Source: Chrysemys picta bellii (lineage: Eukaryota). Taken from it: 64,000 nt of DNA. This document shows positions 10,500 through 20,098 of this stretch, piece after piece. The DNA is taken from positions 23,746,001 through 23,810,000 of the forward strand of contig NC_088807.1 of assembly GCF_011386835.1 (NCBI RefSeq), given 5' to 3'. A model generated the notes under the pieces. That model saw nothing but the letters and a program-made list of their open reading frames with translations. It made no database searches and was not told where the DNA came from. Numbering within the stretch: position 1 is the first letter of the stretch; each line of letters begins with the position of its first letter. The translations under genes and the position numbers were made by a program.

Positions 10500-13321
10500 T
10501 CAGACAGGCCTGGGTTTGCTGCTCCCATAACATTGGCTCTCCGTGCGGTACATCAGGGGCACTGCCAGGATCTGGGGCCCGGCTGCGGGGGGGCAGACGG
10601 TGGGGGGCCGGGCTGGGGGCCCCCGGGTGCTGGGGGTGCGGCGGGGGGACCCGTAGGACTCCTGCGCCAGGGCTCAGCGCCCCCCGGTGCGGGACAGCAG
10701 GGGCCAGCATGGGCAGGCGGGGAGGGTGGGTGGGACTCGGGAAGAGGCTGGGGTCGCGTGGGGGGGCCGGGGAGCCGGAGGGGGGGCACCGCGTCCTTGC
10801 CCAGGGAGGGGTCCCTCAGGCCGTGCCCCCAGGCCTTCGGGTAACCCTCAAACTGCCAGTAGGTGAGAGCGTCTTTCCGGGCGTAGCCCTGCAGCTCCTG
10901 CCTGGGGGAGAGACGGGGGGGGGTGTGAAACCACGGATCCTTCTGCCCCCCGACTCGGTCAGCCCTGCCCGCACCCCCCCAACCCCTCCCTCTTCCAATG
11001 GGCCCCAGGCAGCCTGCCTCCCAGCCCCCCCCGGCTCTAACCACTAGACCCCACTCCCCTCCCAGAGCCAGGAGAGAACCCAGGCATCCTGCCTCCCAGC
11101 CCCCCCCCCCCCGGCTCTAACCACTAGACCCCCACTCCCCTCCCCAGAGCCAGGGAGAGAACCCCAGGCGTCCCTGCCTCTCAGCCCCCCCTGCTCTAAC
11201 CACCAGCCCCCACTCCCCTCCCAGAGCCAGGGAGAGAACCCAGGCGTCCTGCCTCCCAACCCCCCCCGGCTCTAACCACCAGCCCCCACTCCCTTCCCAG
11301 AGCCAGGGAGAGAACCCAGGCGTCCTGGCACCCAGCCCCGCCCTGCTCCAACCACCAGCCCCCACTCCCCTCTCAGGGCCAGGGAGAGAACCCAGGCGTC
11401 CTGGCTCCTAGCCCCCCGCCCCCGAAGCAGTGGGGTCTCTCACGGGGTGAAGGCGCGGATGTCCTGGCTGGTGACGGAGACGTAGGGCTCCAGACGGCTC
11501 AGAACCGCCCCGTCGCGGACGTAGAAGACGGATCCGGCCAGGGGCTTGTTCTCTGTGCTGCCCACCATGGACTGGAGTGCCGGGGGAGATGGAAATTAGG
11601 GTTCACCCCATTCTGGGGACCCCAGCCCCTCCCCCCACCCCCATCTGCCATCTCCCTGGGAATCTGACCTCTCTCCCCACCCCATCGGCCTCCTGGGGAA
11701 CCCCAGACCCTTCCCCCCCCCAACCAGAGAGCCCCCCCCACCCCCATCTCTGGGGTCCCTACCTTGGAGGCGCCGTCACTGTGGTGGGCAGCCAGGCCGA
11801 AGGGCTGGGGGCCGGCGTGGTGGGCGGGCTCGGGGGGCAGGTTGGGCCAGCCGCAGAATCGGTGCCGGTCTCGCTCAGCCGCCCCCCCGGGGTCAGCGGG
11901 GACCCGCCAGGCATGGAGCTGCAGCTGGGGGACAGAGCACCAAGGGTGGGGGGAGGTGGGGGTCAGTGCAGGGGGGAGGGAGACAGCCCCCCCCATGTTC
12001 TAAGGAGCCCCCACCCCTGATCCATAACCCTCCTCCCCCTGCCCCCAACAGCCGGTGGGGGACACGAGAGCAGATCCCAAAAGCCACCCTGGGGGGGCGA
12101 GAGACAATGTGTGACCCTCAAACGCCTCCACAGCATCACCGCCCCCCCCCCCCCACCTGGGAGCAGGTGCTGAGCCATGGAACCCAGGCATCCTGGCTCC
12201 CAGCCCCCGCACCCCGCTCTAACCACTGCACCCCACTCCCCTCCCCTAGCTGGGGATGGAACCCAGGCGTCCTGGCTCCCAGCTCCCCCCTGCTCTAACC
12301 ACTAGACCCCCACTCCCCTCCCAGAGCCATGGAGAGAACCCAGGCGTCCTGGCTCCCAGCCCCCCTGCTCTAACCACTAGTCCCCACTCCCCTCCCAGAG
12401 CCGGGGATAGAACCCAGGCGTCCTGGCTCCCAGCTCCCCCCCCCTCCTTGTGCCTTGTCCCGGAGGTCCTTGTTGCAGTGGACTCTCCACAGCGGGGCGG
12501 GCAGGAGGTAGCCGGGCTGCCCCAGGACCCCTCCGTGGGTTTTCACGTCATGGCAGAGCCCCGTGGTGGTCGCCAAGCGCTGGATCAGCTCTTCCCGCGG
12601 GGGCCGCTCCGCGCCGGGGGGCAGGGGCTCATGGACTGTGGACTGGAGGGGAGATAGAGAGAACCTGTAACCCCCCACCCCACACAGCTGGGGAGAGAAC
12701 CCAGGCGTCCTGGCTGCTGCCCCCCCCACCCCGACCTCCCACCCCAAATCAGGAGGGAACCCACGCGTCCTGGATGCCAGCCCCCTCCCCTCCAACCACT
12801 AGGCCCCACTCCCCTCCCAGAGCCAGGATTAAACGCAGGCATCTTGGCTCCAGTTTCTCCCAGCCCCAGGTCTAACCACCGGACCCCTCTCCCCAAGCCA
12901 GGAGGGAACCCAGGCGTCCTGGCTGCCAGTCCCCTCCCCTCCAACCTCTAGGCCCCACTCCCTGCCCAGAGCCAAGATAGAACCCAGGCGTCCGAGCTCC
13001 TAGCCCCCTGCCCCCACTCTAACCACGAGACCCCACCCGCCTCCCAGAGCCAGGATAGAACCCAGGCATCCTGGCTCCTGTTCCCCCCCCAGCTCTAACC
13101 ACCAGACCCCCACTCCCCGAGCCAGGAGGGAACCCAGGCGTCCAGGCCGCCGGCTGGCACTCACGCGGGGCAGCAGGGGGCGGGAAGGGCTGTGGGGGCC
13201 AGTTCTCCAGCCCCACTCCACTGCTGGTGAGGGGCCAGTCCCGGCTGTGGTGCCATTGGGCCCCCTCGACGCCCCAACCCAGGTCGGTGCCCGCGGGCGC
13301 GGGCAGGACGGTGCCAGCCAT
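10500..13321 (-). CDS. SAXO3: SAXO3-like copy B, 5 coding exons, frameshifts in exons 1 and 5 as assembled
   Basis: Exons 13321-13165 (157 bp, +1 versus A), 12642-12454 (189 bp, GC donor), 11924-11763 (162 bp, LQLHAWR…GPQPFGLAAHHSDGASK), 11571-11444 (128 bp, ends in phase 2) and 10901-10500 (QELQGYARKDALTYWQFEGYPKAWGHG… AVPHRGALS/LAQESYG… MYRTESQCYGSSKPRPV*, read across shifts). Phases join correctly. Confidence 0.8.
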
Positions 13322-14199
13322 GCCAGCCTCTGCCCAGGCCCTGCCCCCGGGGGGAGGGAGGGTGTTTGTGACTTGTTACCATGGAGCTGGAACCCAGCAT
13401 ATGTGACCTGGCACAGAGCCCAGGGAGCAGCTGGCAGCCCGGATGCCTGGGTTCTCTCCTGGCTCTGGGAGAGTAGTAGGGGTAGAGTGGCGGGGGAGGG
13501 GCTTAGAGCTAGGACACCTGGGTTCTCTCCCAGCTTGGCGAGGAGGGTGTGACAAAGTGGGGGCTTTTCATAGTGTTGTGCATGAACATGGTGTGTGCCT
13601 CAGTTTCCCTGTGTGCTGGGGGTGTAACTGGGGGTGGCAGACGGGGGGGGTCATTGCTGCAGGGGGCCAGGTGTGACCTCGCCCAGCAGCCGGGACCCCG
13701 ACGACAGCCAGGCGATGGGGGACCCAGCGACTGGTGCCCGGGAGGCCCCCCCAGCTCGGGAGCAGCCGGTTCCAGCCATTGGGGGAACAAGGGGCTGAGG
13801 GGGAGGGGGCCCAGGTGACCTGCTGGACGACAAAGGGGTGGTGTGGGGCCCAGCTGGAAGGGGGGCCTGTGGGGAGGGGATATAGGGGTCCCGGATGGAA
13901 GGGGAGGGCTGTGGGGAGGGTATATAGGGGGCCTAGCTGGAAGGGGGGGGATGTGAGGAGGGGATATGGGCCCCGGTTGGAAGGGGGGTGTGTGGGGAGG
14001 GGATATGGAGTCTGACTGCAAGGGGGAGGCTGTGGGGAGGGGATATAGGGAGCCTGGCTGGAAAGGGGGGATGTGGGGAGGGGATATGGGCCCCGGTTGG
14101 AAGGGAGGGGCTGTGGGGAGGGGATATGGGGTCCGGCTGGAAGGGGGGGCTGTGGGGAGGGGATATAGGGGGCCTGGTTGGAAGGGGGGCATGGGGGAG

Positions 14200-14662
14200 T
14201 GTCACGGAGTATTGGGGGACTCAGGGCCCTGCACCCCCGGCTTCCTGCGATTCACCATGACTCTCAGCCAGCCAGTAAAGCAGAAGGTTTATTTGGATGA
14301 CAGGAATACAGTCCAAGACAGGTCTTGCAGGCACAGACAACAGGGACCCCCTCAGTTAGGTCCATCTTGGGGTCCCAGGGCATCCCAGCCCAGCCCCCCT
14401 TGGGAGGTCAGAGCCATCTCTGACCCCCAGCCATCTCTCCAGCCTGCTTCCAGCACTCTCGCTTCAGCGACCCCTCCCACAGCCTTTGTTCAGTTTCCCG
14501 GGCCCCGGAGTCATCTGACCTCCAACCCCCTCCTGGGCTCTCATGTTACAAGCTCAGGTATGTTCCCTTGGGCCGGCTCCCATCCCCCGATGCAGACCAT
14601 CCTAGTCACACTCCCCTGTCAGCATTCACACACCCCAGCAAGAACAGTCCCAGTTCGTCACA
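14200..14662 (-). repeat. 3' LTR of element 1
   Basis: Direct repeat of 17844-18306. AATAAA on the minus strand at ~14289-14294. Confidence 0.95.
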
Positions 14663-14728
14663 TCTCTCCCCCCTTCGAGACCGAACTGAGCAGGGTCACT
14701 TTAGCCAGTGACCCGGGGAAGTTCGAAC

Positions 14729-17518
14729 CTACCCCCGTTCCCATGGATGCCCCCGCATCCCTCCAGTTCCTTGGTGGGAGTTACACCAGGCCCCTTCCGT
14801 TCCACGCCCCCCCTTAGTTCGGGGGTGCTTGATGGCACTCGCAGTTCGCATGTGGGAAGGTTTATGCGGCCTGTGCCCTTTTCCCACCCCCATACCTCTG
14901 GGGTTCCAACTGGGCTGTGGTCTTCTCCCAGCGCTCCAGTCTGGAGGTCTGTGCTTTGGGCTCTCTTGGTTTAGAGCCGCCCTTTTTACCTTGGCCACCC
15001 TCCGGAAAGGATCCTTTATGCTGGGCAAGGGTCCTAAAGCTGTTTTCCCCTTGTCCCAGGCCTTCCTCCCCCTCTGACAGGGGTCACAGGATCCGCAGTA
15101 CTGTCGGACAGTAACAAAGACCCCAGGCCAGTAAAAGCTCCGTAGCAGCCTCTGCTGGGTACGCCAGGTTCCCTGGTGCCCTGAGAGGGGAATGTCATGG
15201 GCCCGGCACAGCAGCTGGCGGCGATACTTCTGGGGTACCACCAGCTGCCTCCTGATCCCCCCTGACTCCATTTTCCCTGGGGGAGCCCATTCTCGGTACA
15301 GGAACCCCCTCTCCCACAGGAACCTTTTCCGGCCACCTCGTTCCAGGGTCTGTACCGCATTGAGGTCGGCCAGGTCCCTTATCTTCCGCAAGGAGGGGTC
15401 TCTCTGTAACTCGGCCTGGAACTCAGCAGCTGGGACAGGGATGGCCACCTGCTCTTTCTCGCCCGCTGGGTCCGAAGCTGCAGCCTCCCTGAGCCGCGTC
15501 CCTGGGCGTTCCCTCCCCACCAGGTTAGGGTCCTGCGCCTCAGGCAAGGCACCCCCCCCAAGGCCAGGGCGCAGGGCCCCTCGCCGGCTCTGACTGCGGG
15601 TCACAACCAGTGCCTTTTGGGGGTTGCTTGGCCAGTTCTCCAGGTCCCCCCCCATCAATATCTCAGTGGGCAAATACGGGTGTACCCCCACATCCTTGGG
15701 GCCCTCCTTGGCCCCCCACTTCAGGTGTACCCTTGCCACGGGCACTTTGACTGGTGTTCCGCCCACCCCCGTCAGGGTCAGGTAGGAGTTGGGCACCACC
15801 TGATCTGGGGCCACCACCTCGGGCCGGGCCAGCGTCACCTCTGCGCCCGTATCCCAGTATCCATTGACCTTCCTCCCATCCACCTCCAGGGGAACAAGGT
15901 ACTCTCTCCGGAGGGACAGCCCCGCGCCCACCGTATAAACCAAAAACCCCGAGTCTGGGGCATCCAGCCCCCTAGAGGAGCTGGCCTGGGGCCCTTCTCT
16001 CTCTTGAGCAGTTGATAAGCTGCCAGCCCCTCTTGCGTGAGAAGCCTGCCCCTCGTCCGTCTGGGCCTCTACCAAGTTAACCCTATGCGGGTTCGGTCTG
16101 CTCAGTCTGTCCTTGAGCTTGGGGCACTGGGCCCGAACGTGGCCTCTTCGGCCGCAGTAATAGCAGCTCATGTCCTGTGGGTCCCCTCGAGCCGGTCGGT
16201 TGTCCCTGACGCTGGGCATTTCCCGGGGGAGGGGATTCCCAATATTCCCCCTTTGGGAGGTCCCAGGGTGACTCTCTCTCTGCATCGCGGCGGGCCTGTT
16301 CCTTTGGGGCTCCTCCCTGCCAGCCCCTGACCGGCTCTTTACAAACTCATCAGCCAGCTGCCCGGCGTGTCGCGGGTTCTCTGGCTTTCTGTCCACCAAC
16401 CACAGCCTCAGGTCGGATGGGCACCGCTCATACAGTTGCTCCAGTACCAGCAGTTTAATCAGGTCCTCCTTCGTCTGGGCCCCACCAGCCCACTTGCTGG
16501 CGTATCTTTCCATGCGGACGGCTAGTTGCAGATATGAGATCTCAGGGGCTTTATCTTGACTCCGGAACCTTTCCCGGTACATCTCAGGAGTCAGCCCAAA
16601 CTCACGTAGCAGGGCCTTTTTGAATAGTTCGTAGTCCCCTTTCTCTGCCTCTCCCAGTTGGCGGTACAATGCCACGGATTTGGGGTCCAGTAAGGGGGTA
16701 AGGACCCGGAGTCTGTCCGCGGGATCAACCCGGTGCAGCTCGCAGGCCGTCTCAAAGGCCTCCAGGAAGTCGTCCATGTCCTCCCCCTCCTTGTATGGGG
16801 CCATGATGCACTTATCAAAGCTCCGTGCAGTCCTGGGTCCCCCCTCACTCACCGCAGCCGGGGGTTCGCTGCCCTTCAATCTCGCCAGTTCCAGGTCATG
16901 CTGACGCTGTCTCTCATTCTCCTGTCTCTGTCTCTCTTTCTCCTCCCGTTCACGCTGATGCTGTCTCTCATTCTCCTCCCGTTCATGCTGTCTCTGTCTC
17001 TCTTCATGCTGATGCTGTCTCTCTTTCTCCTCCCGTTCATGCTGACGCCGTCTCTCTTCATGCTGTCTCTGTTGTTCACGATCCTCCAGCTCTCTCAGTT
17101 TTAGCTCTTTCTCCCATTCCAGCCAATTCCGCTCCCCGGATGCCGAACGTTGCCGGGAGGATCCTCTGCTGGCCGGCGGGCTTCGCCGGGGGGACCCCCT
17201 GCTGGCCGGGGGGGTCACGGCGCCTTCGGTATTTGCTGGGCTCCTCCCCACCCTTCCCCTAGGCATAGGAAGGAGGGGTCTCGGGAAGCCCTCAGCAGCC
17301 GGCTGACCACTCCCAGCTGGGACAGACACTGGTGCCTGCGCTGCATTTGCCAGGCTGCTTCCCTGAGACACAGGGATCAGTTCATTCGCGCGATCTTCCG
17401 CCTCCAGCTGGGCAATGAGCTGTTCTTTGGTGAGCCTCCCAATGCGCAGCCGCCTCTGCTTGCACAGCTCCACCAGGTCGCTCTTAAGCCGCTTGGCATA
17501 CATCTTCCTGCTGGCCAC
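14729..17518 (-). CDS. Gag-protease polyprotein with truncated integrase Zn-binding domain (929 aa)
   Basis: E/R-rich coiled coil; SCAN-like capsid segment (LLVLEQLYERCPSDLRLWLVDRKPEN); CCHC knuckle CYYCGRRGHVRAQC; aspartic protease WDTGAEVTL; integrase H-H-C-C (AHDIPLSGH…CGSCDPC). Similarity stops after PFRRVA. No DDE core, YxDD or RNase H. Confidence 0.9.
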   Translation of the reverse strand: MASRKMYAKRLKSDLVELCKQRRLRIGRLTKEQLIAQLEAEDRANELIPVSQGSSLANAAQAPVSVPAGSGQPAAEGFPRPLLPMPRGRVGRSPANTEGAVTPPASRGSPRRSPPASRGSSRQRSASGERNWLEWEKELKLRELEDREQQRQHEERRRQHEREEKERQHQHEERQRQHEREENERQHQREREEKERQRQENERQRQHDLELARLKGSEPPAAVSEGGPRTARSFDKCIMAPYKEGEDMDDFLEAFETACELHRVDPADRLRVLTPLLDPKSVALYRQLGEAEKGDYELFKKALLREFGLTPEMYRERFRSQDKAPEISYLQLAVRMERYASKWAGGAQTKEDLIKLLVLEQLYERCPSDLRLWLVDRKPENPRHAGQLADEFVKSRSGAGREEPQRNRPAAMQRESHPGTSQRGNIGNPLPREMPSVRDNRPARGDPQDMSCYYCGRRGHVRAQCPKLKDRLSRPNPHRVNLVEAQTDEGQASHARGAGSLSTAQEREGPQASSSRGLDAPDSGFLVYTVGAGLSLRREYLVPLEVDGRKVNGYWDTGAEVTLARPEVVAPDQVVPNSYLTLTGVGGTPVKVPVARVHLKWGAKEGPKDVGVHPYLPTEILMGGDLENWPSNPQKALVVTRSQSRRGALRPGLGGGALPEAQDPNLVGRERPGTRLREAAASDPAGEKEQVAIPVPAAEFQAELQRDPSLRKIRDLADLNAVQTLERGGRKRFLWERGFLYREWAPPGKMESGGIRRQLVVPQKYRRQLLCRAHDIPLSGHQGTWRTQQRLLRSFYWPGVFVTVRQYCGSCDPCQRGRKAWDKGKTALGPLPSIKDPFRRVAKVKRAALNQESPKHRPPDWSAGRRPQPSWNPRGMGVGKGHRPHKPSHMRTASAIKHPRTKGGRGTEGAWCNSHQGTGGMRGHPWERG

Positions 17519-17843
17519 TCACCGGCCTGTGTGCTCACAGCTCCCCACAGTTCCCAGGGGGCCCCCTAGTGTGCCAGCCCTTCTCGAGGTCACCACCTCT
17601 CTGCCAGGGTCGAGCTGCAGACTCCTCCGCCCCTGGGACCACTCGCTGCGATCCCCCCGGGGGACCCTGTTACTGCAAAAGTCCTTCTCGCTGGTCACAC
17701 ACTCCCAGGGGTAATAACCGTCTCTCTCTCACTCTTCAGCACGCCTGGTCCCCGTCAATCCCCCTTCGTTTTACTGCTCCCCAGTCACTTACTGCAGGAA
17801 GCGCCGTCCACGGGGTGCAGTAGATCCCACCGCTGCCACCAGT

Positions 17844-18306
17844 TGTCACGGAGTATTGGGGGACTCAGGGCCCTGCACCCCCGGCTTCCTGCGATTCACC
17901 ATGACTCTCAGCCAGCCAGTAAAGCAGAAGGTTTATTTGGATGACAGGAATACAGTCCAAGACAGGTCTTGCAGGCACAGACAACAGGGACCCCCTCAGT
18001 TAGGTCCATCTTGGGGTCCCAGGGCATCCCAGCCCAGCCCCCCTTGGGAGGTCAGAGCCATCTCTGACCCCCAGCCATCTCTCCAGCCTGCTTCCAGCAC
18101 TCTCGCTTCAGCGACCCCTCCCACAGCCTTTGTTCAGTTTCCCGGGCCCCGGAGTCATCTGACCTCCAACCCCCTCCTGGGTTCTCATGTTACAAGCTCA
18201 GGTATGTTCCCTTGGGCCGGCTCCCATCCCCCGATGCAGACCATCCTAGTCACACTCCCCTGTCAGCATTCACACACCCCAGCAAGAACAGTCCCAGTTC
18301 GTCACA
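17844..18306 (-). repeat. 5' LTR of element 1
   Basis: Direct repeat of 14200-14662, adjacent to the tRNA-Leu PBS. Confidence 0.95.
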
Positions 18307-18931
18307 GGGAGGGGATATGGGGCCTGGGTGGAAGGAGGGAGGGCTATGGGGAGGGGATATAGGGGGCCTGGCTGGAAGGGGGGGGCTGTGTGGAGGGGAT
18401 ATGGAGTCCGACTGCAAGGGGGGGTTGGGAGGGAGGAGATACAGGGCCTGGCTGGAAGGGGGGGCTGGGGGGCCAAGGAGCAGGTGGAGCCCATGGGGCC
18501 GGGCCACGGGGCGGGGACTCGCCAGGCCGGGCCCCTGAGAGCTGCCTGGGCTGGGGGGGACGTATGATAACCCCCCCTTTGCGCTGGCTGAGGGTTGCTG
18601 TGGGCTGGAGCCCGGGGGGGGGGGGCTGCCAGAGCTAGGGGACCCCCGAGGGGCCCGGGGCAGAGCCAGGCACTGGGGGCTCAGGGCTGGCCCCCCAAGA
18701 GCGATGCCGCTGGATTAACGGGACAGACACGTTTCTGTTCGGGGCCAACGAACGGCCCAGCACGGAGCCCGGATTCGGCCCGAGCGTTCGCCAGAAACAG
18801 GCTCTCGGCGCCATCGACACCGGCCGGTGCGTTTCCAAGGTGGGGGGAGCAAGTCCCGAGACAACAGCTCTGTTCTAAAGCGAGGAGGGTCCCGGGCAGG
18901 ACAGCGGCTGCTCCGGCTCTTTTTAGCCGGG

Positions 18932-19980
18932 TGTGACGTTATTGATATACTCTGGGACCATATAGATCATTGTTGCAACCAAGGTCCTGTAGTGGCACCC
19001 AGATCTTGTGTAAAGGGGGTCAAATGGGGTGTCTAAGACAAGGCTATGGTTTACTGGTTATAATTATGCTGTCTATATGTATGTATCAATTTTGTAGTTG
19101 AAGTTAGGAATATTGGCTCTATACTGTCTGTATTTCAAACTTAGGCTATGCTGCTGGGTGACATCCCAGACAACATGGTGTTAGCTCTGCCTAGCCTGCT
19201 TGATGGCCCATTAAAGGACCATCAGCTATACAATGGACCCATTGAGAGAAGGCGGATACGCCTTGTAACTCAGCAAAGTATGCAGGGACTGGCCCATGTG
19301 ACTCCAGACTCCATTTGCTGTTCTTACACCTGGAAAAGACTATATAAGGCTGATGCCTCATCTCCATCTTGTCTTCAATCCTGCTTCTTACCTCTGGAGG
19401 GACTTTGCTACAAGCTGAAGCTTTGAACAAAGGACTGAGGACCCATCCCAGCGGGGGATGTTCCAGAGACTTGATTTGAACCTGCAGTTTATTCCATCGC
19501 TGCTGCAAGCCTGAACCAAGAACTTTGCCATTACTGTATGTAATTGATTCCATTTAACCAATTCTAACTCTCATCTCTATCTTTTTCCTTTTATGAATAA
19601 ACCTTTAGATTCTAGATTCTAAAGGATTGGCAACAGCGTGATTTGTGGATAAGATCTGATCTGTATATTGACCTGGGTCTGGGGCTTGGTCCTTTGGGAT
19701 CAGGAGAACCTTTTTCTTTTACTGGGGTATTGGTTTTCATAACCATTTGTCCCCATAACGGGTGGCACTGGTGGTAATACTGGGAAACTGGGGTGTCTAA
19801 GGAGATTGCTTGTGAGACTTGCGGTTAGCCAGGGGGTGAGACCGAAGTCCTCCTAGTCTGGCTGGTTTGGTTTGCCTTGGAGGTGGAAAAACCCCAGCCT
19901 TGGGCTGTAACTGCCCTGTTTGAGCAATTTGTCCTGAGTTGGCACTCTCAGTTGGGTTCCACCAGAACCGCATTGTCACA
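18932..19980 (+). repeat. 5' LTR of element 2 (1049 bp)
   Basis: Contains tatataa (~19342) and aataaa (~19596). Both ends are identical to the 3' LTR. Confidence 0.92.
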
Positions 19981-20098
19981 GTGGCGTAGTCGTGCTTGGA
20001 TCCACAGAACCAGGTCAATTAAGCTTTGGGTCAGAACCCCACGCTGTCCAAATTTGAATTTTGGGATTGAGAGTTTTGTTGGTTAAAGAGCTGCTGCA

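Larger units (their letters stand above)
14200..18306 (-). mobile_element. Gmr1-like Ty3/Gypsy LTR retrotransposon, non-autonomous (Gag-PR, deleted IN core/RT/RH)
   Basis: 463-bp LTRs at 17844-18306 (5') and 14200-14662 (3'), TG…CA on the minus strand; I found one mismatch by eye. TSD gggag at 14195-14199 and 18307-18311. 18-nt PBS at 17824-17841 complementary to the tRNA-Leu(AAG-type) 3' end. Polypurine tract at 14663-14673. Confidence 0.95.
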
